Assembly: GCA_040751885.1 (NCBI GenBank)
Contig: JBFMFP010000001.1
Coordinates: forward strand, 1 to 61,258
Direction: 5' to 3'
DNA: 61,258 nucleotides
From: Nanobdellota archaeon
GTDB lineage: Archaea; Nanobdellota; Nanobdellia; Woesearchaeales; GW2011-AR9
The position numbers were made by a program, and so were the translations under genes. Position 1 is the first letter of the stretch. Each line of letters starts with the position of its first letter. Shown here one piece after another: positions 1 to 9,842 of the stretch. The notes below the pieces were generated by a model that was not told the DNA's origin, ran no database searches, and was given only the letters and a program-made list of their open reading frames with translations.

Positions 1-66
1 AAAATTAAGTTGAGGAGTATTAAGAAAATACTAAAAAAATACTGAGAAAAAAAATAAAAACAAAAA

Positions 67-2583
67 ATGAAAAAGTCATTGTTGTTATGTTCCTTGTTCT
101 TTTTGTTAGTTTTCTTTTTATTTGTTTTTTCTGCATCCGCACAGCTTACAACTTCTTCCAAAATTTTGATAATTGGCGATTCCCATCTTGCCGGGCCTTA
201 CGGGGAGAAATTGTATAACCTGTTAAATGATAGTGGACACGATGTTAATTCTTATGGCTGCGTAGGGGCCAAGGCAAGTAGTTATGCTCAGGGAGGGTTT
301 AACTGTCGAAAAGAATTGGGTTCAACGAGGAATGAAGTACAGCAGGAATATTCTACTCAGCCGATAAGCACCTTAATTTCATCTCATCAGTCAGATATAG
401 TCATTGTTTCTTTGGGCGGTAATTTTATTACTTTTCCCAGAGATCCGGACCAAGCCCAGGCTTTAATCAGCGAGATAAAAAAAACAGGCAAGCCCTGCTA
501 CTGGATAGGCCCGCCCTGGGGTCCTTATGGCGATATAAAGAATCCTGTAAAGAATGAAGAAGTGTTTGAAGATTTTTATACCATTCTTGCCGAAGTTAAT
601 GAAAATCCTGAAGCTGTAGTCAGTGCTGTAAGTTCTTCAAATGAAGGCACTGGTGGTTATTGTAAGATTTTTGATTCTTTAAAATATACCAATCATGATT
701 TTTGTCCGAACGATGACAACCGCCGTTTTTGTGCCAGCGATTGCTCTTCAATAAATACATGCAAGCTGCACTACGATCAGTATGGGGGGATAGGGATACA
801 AATAGCTGAAAAATGGGGAGAAGCAGTTTATTATTGGATTACGCGAGGAGAGGAGCCACAGGTTTCTGGCATTGTTAAGCCGCCGGGAGCAGTTACAGCC
901 GCCCAGCCTTCTGCTGCAAGCGAAAGCAAACCAGTAAAAGGCTCGTCACAGGCTGCTTCTTTGAGTCAAGCGGGGGTAAAAACAGAGCAGCCTGCTAAGG
1001 AAGTAATCAGCTGTAAGAGCCAGCAGAGATGCCGGGAAATTGACGAAGTCTGGGGAACTGTTCTCGGCTTTGCAGTCAGGGGAACAAGGGATATCTGGGA
1101 TACGCTTGCAGGGAAATGGAATGTTTTTGAAAGAGTCTGGGGCAGGATAGTAACGGGTGAAACATCTGCTCAGGGCATTACAGCCCAAAATATTGCTGAT
1201 GAGAAGATCAGGAAAGAGCTGGCCGAAGGGAAGTATGACTCTGCCTTTCTCAATAAAGTAGAGCAGGTTTCTAAACAATTGAAAACTAATCCCCTGTACT
1301 TAATGAGTATAATGAATTTTGAAACAGGAGGCTCTTTTAATCCCTGTGAAAAAGCTCAGGGAACGTCTGCTACTGGTTTAATTCAATTTACAGATGCAGC
1401 TGCAAGCGCATTAGATACGACAACAGAGAAATTATGTAAAATGAGCCAGTTTCAGCAGTTAGATTATGTTAAGAAATATTTTGAGATGCAAGAGAAAGAA
1501 TATACCCAAATGGGCCCAAAAGATTTTGGTGATCTGGCTATGGCTGTTTTTGCGCCGGCTGTAGGCATTGGAAAACCTGACGATACTGTTTTATACAAAA
1601 AGTCTTCGGACGCGTATGAAAAAAATAGACATTTGGATAAAGATAATAATGGTGAAATTACCAAAGCAGAATATGTAACTCCTGCACGTAAAAGAGGCTA
1701 TAATCTTGAGCTGCAGAGTATATTTGGACAAGGCGCGGTTGCGGGAGAAACGCCAACAATGGTTGCGCCAACCACACCAATACCAGCAGTTACCGGGTTT
1801 GCTCACTCAAGTTATCAGGTATCTGGCGAAGGCTGGAAATGTATCGGAGAAGTTCAGAATCCCAATTCCGGATTAAGCGAAGCTCGCGGTGAAAATGGAT
1901 GCAAAAGCGGAATGGTTAAAATAGATAATTTCTGCATCGACCAATATGAAGCTTCCCTCATTGATATCAGCAGCGGGAAACCTTGGTCCCCTTATTGTGA
2001 TCCCACTTATCATGGCAATATTGGGCAGTTAAAAGCTGTTTCCGTTCGGGGAGCAATCCCGCAGAATGATATAAATCAGATTAATGCCGAGAAAGCTTGC
2101 GCAAATGCTGGCAAGAGGCTTTGCACTGGTGAGGAATGGTTAAGAGCCTGCCAAGGTTCAGATAAGTTGATTTATCCTTATGGAAATGAATTATTAAAAG
2201 AACAGTGCAATGATGAGGGTTACACTCCTGAAGAGCATGCAGTAAAAAGGATTACACAGGATTATCCACAACTATTTGCAGGAACTGCTTGCAGTAGTCG
2301 ATGGAATGTCCGCCCTTGCATGCAGCATCCGGCTATTAACCAGCAATCTGGAACCTTGACTAAAACGGGAGAGATGTCAGGCTGCAAAACTGCGGAAGGA
2401 GTTTATGACCTGGTTGGGAATGTAGCCGAATGGACTGCGGATCCGCAAGGCACTTTCAGGGGAGGGTATTATCAATTAACTGAAGGGGAAACAAATAAAG
2501 GATGTACTTACCAAACTACTGCACATGGTACTTCGTACACAGATTACTCCATCGGCTTCCGCTGCTGCGCTGGTACTGATTAA
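67..2583 (+). CDS. Secreted multidomain hydrolase: SGNH/GDSL-like, lytic-transglycosylase/lysozyme-like, EF-hand loop and FGE-sulfatase (SUMF1-like) domains
   Basis: 838-aa ORF with a hydrophobic signal (MKKSLLLCSLFFLLVFFLFVFSASA). IIGDSHLAG matches SGNH block I. NFETGGSFNP...ATGLIQF resembles the SLT catalytic Glu plus GLMQ motif. DKDNNGEITKAE is a canonical EF-hand loop. The C-terminus (FCIDQYEAS...GNVAEWT...GFRCC) is typical of the FGE-sulfatase fold. Confidence 0.75.
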   Translation: MKKSLLLCSLFFLLVFFLFVFSASAQLTTSSKILIIGDSHLAGPYGEKLYNLLNDSGHDVNSYGCVGAKASSYAQGGFNCRKELGSTRNEVQQEYSTQPISTLISSHQSDIVIVSLGGNFITFPRDPDQAQALISEIKKTGKPCYWIGPPWGPYGDIKNPVKNEEVFEDFYTILAEVNENPEAVVSAVSSSNEGTGGYCKIFDSLKYTNHDFCPNDDNRRFCASDCSSINTCKLHYDQYGGIGIQIAEKWGEAVYYWITRGEEPQVSGIVKPPGAVTAAQPSAASESKPVKGSSQAASLSQAGVKTEQPAKEVISCKSQQRCREIDEVWGTVLGFAVRGTRDIWDTLAGKWNVFERVWGRIVTGETSAQGITAQNIADEKIRKELAEGKYDSAFLNKVEQVSKQLKTNPLYLMSIMNFETGGSFNPCEKAQGTSATGLIQFTDAAASALDTTTEKLCKMSQFQQLDYVKKYFEMQEKEYTQMGPKDFGDLAMAVFAPAVGIGKPDDTVLYKKSSDAYEKNRHLDKDNNGEITKAEYVTPARKRGYNLELQSIFGQGAVAGETPTMVAPTTPIPAVTGFAHSSYQVSGEGWKCIGEVQNPNSGLSEARGENGCKSGMVKIDNFCIDQYEASLIDISSGKPWSPYCDPTYHGNIGQLKAVSVRGAIPQNDINQINAEKACANAGKRLCTGEEWLRACQGSDKLIYPYGNELLKEQCNDEGYTPEEHAVKRITQDYPQLFAGTACSSRWNVRPCMQHPAINQQSGTLTKTGEMSGCKTAEGVYDLVGNVAEWTADPQGTFRGGYYQLTEGETNKGCTYQTTAHGTSYTDYSIGFRCCAGTD

Positions 2584-2699
2584 ATATCTGTATGTAAAAA
2601 TTGCATATGAAATATGCATAAGTACACGAAACGTCTAAGGTCCAAGGCGGCGCAAAAATTAACCGTAAAGTTTATAAATATGTATGAGAAACATAATGT

Positions 2700-4085
2700 A
2701 TGGAAAACATAATTTTTTTAAACAGAAAAAGAGAAGCAGACTTAATAACTAAACTGAAGAAAGACAATTTTTTTATAGTTGTTAAAGGCCGAAGAAGAAT
2801 AGGCAAAACGACTTTTCTGAGGAAATTTCTTCCCAAAGGGGTATATCTCTTTATTTGGCCGAATAAATCTCTGGGGTGGGTTATGGAGAATATCTGTACT
2901 GAGCACAGTTTTCCAAAATTTAAGAATTTTAAAGACCTGCTGGCTTATCTGCTTGAGCAAAAGAAAATTGTTATTTTAGACGAATTCCAGAATTTTTTGA
3001 ACGTGGACAAATCCGTTTATGGCGAGATTCAAAAAGTCATTGACGAAAGAAAAGCCAGGAAAGAATTTTACAAGATAGCTGTTGCCGGCTCAAGTTATTC
3101 TCTGATGAATAAAGTTTTTAACGATGTTGCTTCTCCCCTTTATGGAAGGAGAACGGCCGAAATTGTTTTAGACCGCCTGCCTGTAAAAGATCTCTTTTTG
3201 GCGCTGAATACGAGCATGGAAAAATTTGTTAAGTTCTGGGCTGTTTTTGAGGGTGTGCCTTATTATTACGAGCTGATAGACTTAAAATCTTCTCCGGAAG
3301 AAAATTTTAAGAAACTTATTTTGGGAAAAGAAGCCCAGCTGCAGGACGAAGGCAAAGTAGTTCTTTCAGTGGAATTCGGCAGGGATTCCAAGACTTATAT
3401 GACTGTGCTGAGTTCAATTGCTGAAGGCAAAACTAAGCTTAATGAAATTGCCAGCATGTTTGAAAACAAAACCAATGAAGTGGGTAAATATCTTGACATT
3501 CTCAGGAATGAGTTTAAGCTTGTGAGAAGAGTAACCCCTCTTTTAGCTGATCCTCAGAAATCAAAAGAAGGCCACTATGAAGTCATTGATAACTTTCTGG
3601 ATTTTTGGTTTTGCTTTGTTGATAAAAAGAAAAGTTATCTTGAGCAGGAGCGGTTTGAAGAAGTAGAGTCTTTTTTTGGGAATAATTTTAATTCTTTTGT
3701 TGGCAGAAAGTTTGAAAAATTTATTTTATCCCTAGTCAAGTCGGAGATTTTAAAATTGGGGTTCAAAGTGGAAAAAGCCGGCCGGCAGTGGGGATCTCTT
3801 TATTCCACATCTAAAAATAAAAACCAGTACGAGATTGATCTTTGTGGAGTCAATGAGAAGAGCAAAAAAATTTTATTTGGAGAATGTAAGTGGGAAGAAA
3901 AGGCGGATGCTGAGAAATTATTAAAAGAACTTAAGGAAAAGGCAAGAAGCGTGGTCTGGAATAATACCCGCAGGAAAGAATATTACTGCATTTTCGCCAG
4001 ATCTTTTAAAGCCAAAAAACTAAAAGAAAAAAATTTATATCTGTTTGATTTGGGTGATCTGGAAAAGATTTTAAAATGGGGATAA
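2700..4085 (+). CDS. Archaeal ATPase family protein (Arch_ATPase with DUF234-like C-terminus)
   Basis: 461-aa ORF with Walker A KGRRRIGKTTFL and Walker B-like VILDEFQ. The C-terminal region resembles DUF234 (EIDLCG...GECKW). Confidence 0.75.
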   Translation: MENIIFLNRKREADLITKLKKDNFFIVVKGRRRIGKTTFLRKFLPKGVYLFIWPNKSLGWVMENICTEHSFPKFKNFKDLLAYLLEQKKIVILDEFQNFLNVDKSVYGEIQKVIDERKARKEFYKIAVAGSSYSLMNKVFNDVASPLYGRRTAEIVLDRLPVKDLFLALNTSMEKFVKFWAVFEGVPYYYELIDLKSSPEENFKKLILGKEAQLQDEGKVVLSVEFGRDSKTYMTVLSSIAEGKTKLNEIASMFENKTNEVGKYLDILRNEFKLVRRVTPLLADPQKSKEGHYEVIDNFLDFWFCFVDKKKSYLEQERFEEVESFFGNNFNSFVGRKFEKFILSLVKSEILKLGFKVEKAGRQWGSLYSTSKNKNQYEIDLCGVNEKSKKILFGECKWEEKADAEKLLKELKEKARSVVWNNTRRKEYYCIFARSFKAKKLKEKNLYLFDLGDLEKILKWG

Positions 4086-4090
4086 TAGGG

Positions 4091-4170
4091 TTTAAATGCC
4101 AACAATAACTATGAAGTTTAAATGTCAACAATAACCATGGAGCTTAAATGCCAGCCATAACCAAAATCAA
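4091..4170 (+). repeat. Three tandem ~26-nt copies of the enolase 5' end (leader, ATG and first codons)
   Basis: tttaaATGccaacaataact / tttaaATGtcaacaataacc / ttaaATGccagccataacc. The third copy is the real eno start at 4148. Confidence 0.8.
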
Positions 4171-5419
4171 AGCGAGGGAAATCCTAGATAGTAGAGGAAA
4201 CCCGACAGTTGAAGTAGATGTCTTTATAGGCAGCAATAAATATACTGCATCCGTGCCCAGCGGAGCATCTACAGGAAAATACGAAGCTCTGGAGTTAAGA
4301 GATAAAGACAAGCGTTACCTGGGTAAAGGTGTACAAAAAGCTGTCAGTAATGTCAATACAAAAATTGCTCCTTTGCTGGTTGGCAAAGATTGCTGCCGGC
4401 AGAAAGAGATTGATTCTCTGATGATTAAAAAAGACGGCACTAAAAATAAGCAGAAGCTGGGAGCCAATGCTATCTTAGGCGTTTCCTTAGCCTCTGCCCG
4501 TGCTGCTGCAGGTGAGCAGGACAAGCAGTTGTACCAATATATTCATGAGCTATGCAGGCCGGACAAAAAAATGTCCCTCCCCCGGCCTTTCTTTAACGTT
4601 ATCAATGGGGGTAAACATGCCGGGAATGCGCTGGTTTTTCAGGAGTTTATGATTGTGCCAAAAGCTGATTCTTTCTGTGAAGCGCTGAGGATGGGCAGCG
4701 AAGTGTACCATGTGTTAAAATCAATCATTGAACAAAAGTATGGCATAAACGCAGTTAATGTCGGTGATGAAGGGGGTTTTGCTCCGCCGATAAAAACAGC
4801 GGAAGAGGCTTTTGATTTATTGATAGCAGCGATAAAAAAATCTGGTTATGCTGGAAGAATGGATTTAGCGATGGACTGTGCCGCGTCTGAGTTTTATAAA
4901 AAGGGTTATTATCATATTCACAGAAAAATAAAAAAAGATGAATTACTAAACTATTATCTTAAGCTGATTAAAAAATATCCCCTAATTTCCATTGAAGATC
5001 CTTTTGAGCAGGATGATTTTTCCAGTTTTGCAGAATTGAAAAAGAGAAGCGGTATCCAAATTGTAGGTGATGATTTAACAGTCACCAGTATCAAAAGAAT
5101 AGAAAAAGCCAGCAAAGAAAAAAGCTGTAACTGTTTATTGCTGAAAGTAAACCAGATTGGTACTTTAACAGAAGCTCTTCAGGCAGTACAATCAGCTTAC
5201 AAAAACGGCTGGAAAGTGATGGTCAGCCACCGTTCCGGCGAGACGGAAGATGCGTTCATTGCCGACCTGGCTGTAGGCATTGGCTGTGGAATGCTTAAGG
5301 CTGGCGCTCCCTGCCGGGGAGAAAGGACAGCAAAATACAACCGCCTGCTGAGAATTGAAGAATTCATAACCACGTCCCCTAAACATATAACTGCACCTCC
5401 TAAACATTTATATACGTAA
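4148..5419 (+). CDS. eno: Enolase (phosphopyruvate hydratase)
   Basis: 423 aa. N-terminus [22 protein letters not shown] plus SHRSGETED and the other enolase signature blocks. Confidence 0.95.
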   Translation: MPAITKIKAREILDSRGNPTVEVDVFIGSNKYTASVPSGASTGKYEALELRDKDKRYLGKGVQKAVSNVNTKIAPLLVGKDCCRQKEIDSLMIKKDGTKNKQKLGANAILGVSLASARAAAGEQDKQLYQYIHELCRPDKKMSLPRPFFNVINGGKHAGNALVFQEFMIVPKADSFCEALRMGSEVYHVLKSIIEQKYGINAVNVGDEGGFAPPIKTAEEAFDLLIAAIKKSGYAGRMDLAMDCAASEFYKKGYYHIHRKIKKDELLNYYLKLIKKYPLISIEDPFEQDDFSSFAELKKRSGIQIVGDDLTVTSIKRIEKASKEKSCNCLLLKVNQIGTLTEALQAVQSAYKNGWKVMVSHRSGETEDAFIADLAVGIGCGMLKAGAPCRGERTAKYNRLLRIEEFITTSPKHITAPPKHLYT

Positions 5420-5436
5420 AATTTTTGGTCTTAACC

Positions 5437-6048
5437 ATGCCCGCAAAACCTATTCCAAAAGATCAGCTTGTTCAAGTTGCATCTTCCAGTGTTAAGTATA
5501 AAGACATCTTTGACATGAAGACTTTTTATGAAGCGCTGCACGAATGGCTGGCCGAATATCAATGGACGGATATTCAGGATAAATCTGATAAATACGAAAC
5601 TTTTTATGGCGAGCGCATTGGCCGGGATGGGGCTAAAGAGTTATGGATACGCTGGCGGATGCACAGGAATCCCGAAGGTGCGCCCATGCTGACCTATTAC
5701 CTTGATTTTGACTACCACTGCCTGCAGCTGATCTCTACTGAAGTTGTCCGCGAAGGGAAAAAGCTAAAGGTAAATAAAGGGGAAGTTGAAATCATTGTCA
5801 AAGCTTTTATTGAAGAGAAATACAAAGAGAAATTTGCCGGGCATTCTCTGCTCAGGCATGTTGGCGGGCTTTTTTCCCGCAGGATCTATGATGTAATAAT
5901 GAATCAAAGGAAAAAAGAGTTATATCAGGAAGTTTACATCCTTCTTAATTTTATAAAACAGTGGTTTAAATTAAAGAGGTACCACCCTTACGAAGAAGTA
6001 AAGCCTTTCCAGACCAGTTATGCCTGGCCGTCGCATTTGGAGAAATGA
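5437..6048 (+). CDS. Hypothetical protein
   Basis: Long ORF with coding-like composition. The ATG at 5437 is preferred over the TTG at 5425. No recognisable motif. Confidence 0.55.
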   Translation: MPAKPIPKDQLVQVASSSVKYKDIFDMKTFYEALHEWLAEYQWTDIQDKSDKYETFYGERIGRDGAKELWIRWRMHRNPEGAPMLTYYLDFDYHCLQLISTEVVREGKKLKVNKGEVEIIVKAFIEEKYKEKFAGHSLLRHVGGLFSRRIYDVIMNQRKKELYQEVYILLNFIKQWFKLKRYHPYEEVKPFQTSYAWPSHLEK

Positions 6049-6116
6049 GCTATTTGGAGAGATGAGTTTATTCTTTTTAGCATTTGCTTACATTAACATC
6101 TACTTACAACACCCAC

Positions 6117-7154
6117 TTACTTTTCATCTTTCTGTGCATCTTCCTGCGCAAAACTCCCGGCTACAAGCAGCGGAAAAGCAATGGTTGCATCACAATGAAT
6201 CTTAACATTGGGAGCATTAGCTTTTACTTTTCCCCAGGTGACTGCTTCGTCCACTCTTGCTCCTGAATCAGAACCGTCGTATTCCTGGGCAGTATTAATA
6301 TACACGGCATAATCCAATCCTTCTTTGAAGATATTGGCGTTGAGCGTGAAATGCTTGCTCGTTCCCCCGCCTAAAATAATTGCGCCTGTTTTTCCGCAGT
6401 TTAAGACTAAATCAATCATATCTTTCATCTCCTTGCTGACGTCAAGAAGAAAATCAGGATGGCTCTGCTTGAAGAAGAAAATTAAATCCCCCAAAGAGCC
6501 ATCTATAATCCCCGGACAGAAGACGGGGATGTTATTTTTTGCTGCCCAATAGAGGATAGAGCCTTCATTATTTTCATTATTGATTTCCTTGCCTAACTCT
6601 TTAATCAGGTCTTTTGGGCAGAATATTTTGTTTTCTTCTTTCTGTATTGCATAAATCCGGGCAAAAAATTTCTGCATGAATTCGTCAAAATAAGCAAAGC
6701 GGTCATTGGGAACAAAAATATTGCCCGTCCTGTTCACTCCGCTGTCAAAAAGAATTCCTCCCGGAGCATCAAAATTTCCCAGCACAAAGGGCTTGAGGCA
6801 TTTGATGATGTCTTCTTCAATGCCTCCTGCTGAAGTTACTAAAACATCAACTTTTTTGTGTTTTACAAGATATTTTATGATTTCCCTGTTTCCCGAGCTG
6901 ACCTGGTTGGAAGTAAAAGCCAGGAAAATTGTTGCCTTCTCCCTGCGCATTGCCTTGACAATTTCAATTCCCCGGGCTAAGTGCGTAGCCTGAAAACCGC
7001 TGTGAGCATAAGCGTTAAGGAATTTTTGGAAGTCAAACTCATTCTCAAAATTGTAGCCTTCTATCTGCGGGTGTCCTTCCAGGGTTATGCATTCCCTGAC
7101 TGCACCGTATTGGAGATGTTTGGATTTTATGTTTTCTTCCCGGATTGATTTCAT
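6117..7154 (-). CDS. dys: Deoxyhypusine synthase
   Basis: 345 aa. GGGTSKHF and DGSDSGARVDEAVTWGK blocks are typical of deoxyhypusine/homospermidine synthase. Confidence 0.9.
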   Translation of the reverse strand: MKSIREENIKSKHLQYGAVRECITLEGHPQIEGYNFENEFDFQKFLNAYAHSGFQATHLARGIEIVKAMRREKATIFLAFTSNQVSSGNREIIKYLVKHKKVDVLVTSAGGIEEDIIKCLKPFVLGNFDAPGGILFDSGVNRTGNIFVPNDRFAYFDEFMQKFFARIYAIQKEENKIFCPKDLIKELGKEINNENNEGSILYWAAKNNIPVFCPGIIDGSLGDLIFFFKQSHPDFLLDVSKEMKDMIDLVLNCGKTGAIILGGGTSKHFTLNANIFKEGLDYAVYINTAQEYDGSDSGARVDEAVTWGKVKANAPNVKIHCDATIAFPLLVAGSFAQEDAQKDEK

Positions 7155-7393
7155 TTTGTAAACCTCTTGATTGTTTAATACAGTTTTGAATTTGTTTTGT
7201 AATAATCTTTTATACGCAAAAACAATAAAATAAACTAAAATAATAAAGACTAATCTGCGAAAAGAATAAGAAATTCTAGCTTCCTGACTTGCGGATGGGA
7301 TCCATTTTTAGTTAAATTTTTTTAATTATTTATAAGTCTTTTTGAATATCTTTCTTTTTTTACTCGCAAGTGATTGCATAAACTTAAATAGAA

Positions 7394-7638
7394 GGGCTTG
7401 TTTTAACATTCTCCCGTTAAACTTCAACAGGGATAGTTCGGTTGTCCTGAAAAGGATGTCCGCATAGCAGCCTCTGTTCAAGCACTCGCCATTAATATGG
7501 TGTCTGGACTATAACTCACCATACGAAACCTGTGCTTCTTACGCTTGCCTATGCAACGAAGGAGATCACCTTTAAAACAGCCCTCAAAGGTTAAGTTGAT
7601 AGTAGCGTTGTTTAAGGCACTCTTTCACCGAGTCCAGA
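7394..7638 (+). ncRNA. Candidate structured ncRNA of unresolved identity (RNase P-like 5' layout, not confirmed)
   Basis: GC-richer island in an AT-rich spacer with no credible ORF. Long-range helices: 7394-7406 gggcttgttttaa with 7572-7583 ttaaaacagccc, 7410-7418 with 7555-7565, and 7503-7510 tctggact with 7631-7638 agtccaga. Hairpin at 7428-7449. GAAAAGGAUGUCCGCAUAGCAG follows the hairpin. Confidence 0.3.
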
Positions 7639-7668
7639 TGGTGGGGTTTAATGTGGTTTGAGGTGAAG

Positions 7669-7869
7669 ATGGCTAAGAGAAAGCATTCCAGAAAGGCAGG
7701 AAAGAAATCTAAAAAATCTGTTAGGAAAGGAGCCGCGAAATCTGCACGAAAGAAAGGCAGAAGCCCCAGCGGGAAGGGCAAGCATTCTAAAGTCAGGAAA
7801 TTAATTAGGCTGGCAAAGGCAGGAAAGTTGGCCGGAAAGTCTAAGCCTAAAAAGAAGAAAAGAAGATAA
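7669..7869 (+). CDS. Very basic small protein, about half Lys/Arg
   Basis: GAGGTG Shine-Dalgarno-like sequence 3 nt upstream of the ATG. MAKRKHSRKAGKKSKKSVRKGAAKSARKKGR...KPKKKKRR. Followed by a GC palindrome. Confidence 0.5.
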   Translation: MAKRKHSRKAGKKSKKSVRKGAAKSARKKGRSPSGKGKHSKVRKLIRLAKAGKLAGKSKPKKKKRR

Positions 7870-7909
7870 TATCTGTTAATATTTTATACATAAATTAATA
7901 ATAGGGCGC

Positions 7910-7928
7910 AAGGGGGAATTCCCCTTGA
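7910..7928 (+). terminator. Perfect palindrome caagggggaattccccttg downstream of the basic-protein gene
   Basis: 9-bp arms read directly, followed by a T-rich stretch. Confidence 0.3.
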
Positions 7929-8253
7929 TTTTCTGCCCGTGATGTCTTTGGTTAGTAAGAGTTCTATAAGTCAACATGGCTTTTTGTCTCACTTTCTATA
8001 GAAAAGTTTTTATTCCTCCCTGCCCTGTTAATATATACTTTGATTTATACGCCACGGAGATAAAATGGGAGAAGGGTTGCATGATACTTATTTCCTTAGG
8101 GAGCACTACTTCAAAACAAAAGAGCCAAAGCAGTACATCCCTCAGACGATTGACGACTATCTCTCCAGAATGGGGCGAAGCGGCTTTTCTGCTCCAAGTG
8201 TTAGCGTATGGAAATTCCTGTTAGTTTCGCCGGCCTACGAGCGAGAACTAGAA

Positions 8254-8769
8254 TTATCGTTGGGGGCGGGCGTTAGTAAGTATTTGTCTGATTTCACTGA
8301 TTTGTTCAGGTGTCACGTTCTCGATCACTTCTTCTATTTTCAGAACAAAGTTTCGTGCTGTCGCTGAATCGGTTTTCAATTTCTCTTTGTCTATTTGTTC
8401 TGTCACGTAGTACTGTGTATCTATCCTCAAGTCTTTAGCCAAGAGCAATTCGGTGTAGAGTTCTTCAGGGATGATATTTTCCTCAACAAAAAGAAAGTGC
8501 ATTAATGAAATGGTGCAATCATGAATTTCTGACTTTATACCACATTTTTGGAGTAAAGCATAAAGAGCAAAATACCGAGAGTAATAGGCTGTTGTTGCTA
8601 TCCAATCAATTTCTTCTTTTTCAATGGCAGAGTCCAACATGTTCAGCGCACTTTTTGCTTTCTCGATGTAGGCATCACATAGATTGTTATTTGGTTCTTC
8701 AAGCTTAATGCCTCGTTTTTGCTGCCAGCACCAAGAAACATGACTTTTGGGATTTTTATCCTCTGACAC
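8254..8769 (-). CDS. HEPN domain protein (toxin of a HEPN/MNT pair)
   Basis: 171 aa. TTAYYSRYFALYALLQKCGIKSEIHDCT is typical of a HEPN helical core. Sits directly downstream of an MNT gene. Confidence 0.7.
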   Translation of the reverse strand: MSEDKNPKSHVSWCWQQKRGIKLEEPNNNLCDAYIEKAKSALNMLDSAIEKEEIDWIATTAYYSRYFALYALLQKCGIKSEIHDCTISLMHFLFVEENIIPEELYTELLLAKDLRIDTQYYVTEQIDKEKLKTDSATARNFVLKIEEVIENVTPEQISEIRQILTNARPQR

Positions 8770-8813
8770 TCAAAACCACCTCATAATTTTGGTGTCTCCT
8801 GAAAACATTGTTT

Positions 8814-9428
8814 TCATGAGATTTCATGGTAATACTTCCACAATCCATTTATGAAATTATCAGGATTTTGCAAGATGATGTGATACTTTAAAATTTCTAT
8901 GATCAAAGCATCTTTTTTTCTTAATGCACTCTCAAAATTCTCACTTGTGGCAGTTTTAAGATTAATGGTTTTTCCATAGGTTTTTCCAATAGATTTTATT
9001 TTTGTGGCTTCGGTTTCTTTTAATTCTGCCAAATAGAAGATGTCAATATCGCTGTCATCTTTAAATGTTTTTTTAGCATAAGAACCGAACAGGACAAACG
9101 AACCTGAAAGTTTAAGCTTGGAAATCTCAGCAGTTATTTTTTTGATGAGAAAGACCTGCTCTTGGAAAGTTATAGATTCAAAGAGTTCGCTGATGGTAAG
9201 GTAATTTTTAGTGAGAATATTATCCAGATTCATGGCGTAAACTTTGTTTTTGCCGATGGTTTTGGCGATGAGAATTTTGTCTTTTTCTAGCGTTTTAAGA
9301 TGAGGAAGTAGGGTAACGTGGCTTTTTTTGGTTAATTTAGCCATTTCTCTAACATGATACTGCGCGAGGTAGTTTGATCTGTAGAGGCTCAAAATTCTCA
9401 GTTTATTATCGGTTGTTTTATCTACCAT
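8814..9428 (-). CDS. Nucleotidyltransferase (MNT) with N-terminal winged-helix domain
   Basis: 204 aa. LFGSYAKKTFKDDSDIDIFY matches the GSx(n)DxD minimal nucleotidyltransferase motif. The N-terminal ~70 aa look like an HTH. Confidence 0.7.
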   Translation of the reverse strand: MVDKTTDNKLRILSLYRSNYLAQYHVREMAKLTKKSHVTLLPHLKTLEKDKILIAKTIGKNKVYAMNLDNILTKNYLTISELFESITFQEQVFLIKKITAEISKLKLSGSFVLFGSYAKKTFKDDSDIDIFYLAELKETEATKIKSIGKTYGKTINLKTATSENFESALRKKDALIIEILKYHIILQNPDNFINGLWKYYHEIS

Positions 9429-9842
9429 GTGGTATAAATAATTACCATTAATATAAAAATGTTTTGGTTATGGTGTAACTACCACGAAAAGACGAAAGCT
9501 TTATATAGCGGTGGCACTTTTGAGAAGCTGTGTGTCGTTGGGCTGATACTGATAAAAACGGAAAAGTCAGTCACAAAGAAGCAAAGGCAATGACTCAAAG
9601 ATGCCCTGAAAGCAACGAATATAATTGTAATTAATTTCTTTTACCGTACAGGTTTGGCAGTAGCGGTTTTAACCAACCAATATACAAAAGAGTAACATTT
9701 ATATACTTAATTGTCTTTTCTTCCTATTCCCCAAAATATTCCCCAATAATTTCATCAGGTTTCAGGTTATATCAGGAGTAAATTAAGTATAAGTACAGCT
9801 TAAAGAACATTGAAAAGCTTAATGTTTTTCGGAGGTATGAAA

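Noticed and set aside
946-1806. Minus-strand ORFs inside the 838-aa gene, and the many similar antisense ORFs within rpoA', rpoB', rtcB, metG and the S-layer gene
   Set aside because: They are nested antisense in long, motif-supported genes and have no independent evidence.
6020-6266. 61-aa and 60-aa plus-strand ORFs
   Set aside because: They overlap the 3' end of the deoxyhypusine synthase gene antisense, and their composition is driven by the opposite strand.
7449-7470. Calling the 7394-7638 RNA as RNase P RNA
   Set aside because: The CR-I-like match is imperfect, and I could not find a complementary P4 3' strand (no gcggac-type sequence). It is kept only as an unclassified candidate.
7976-8367. 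Two overlapping plus-strand ORFs (82 and 100 aa)
   Set aside because: Neither has a recognisable motif or SD. The longer one overlaps the HEPN gene by 114 nt. It may be a decayed gene remnant, but this cannot be supported.
9524-9632. Short frame encoding WADTDKNGKVSHKEAKAM (EF-hand-like loop)
   Set aside because: Only about 35 codons are open, with no ATG or SD. It is probably a fragment or chance.
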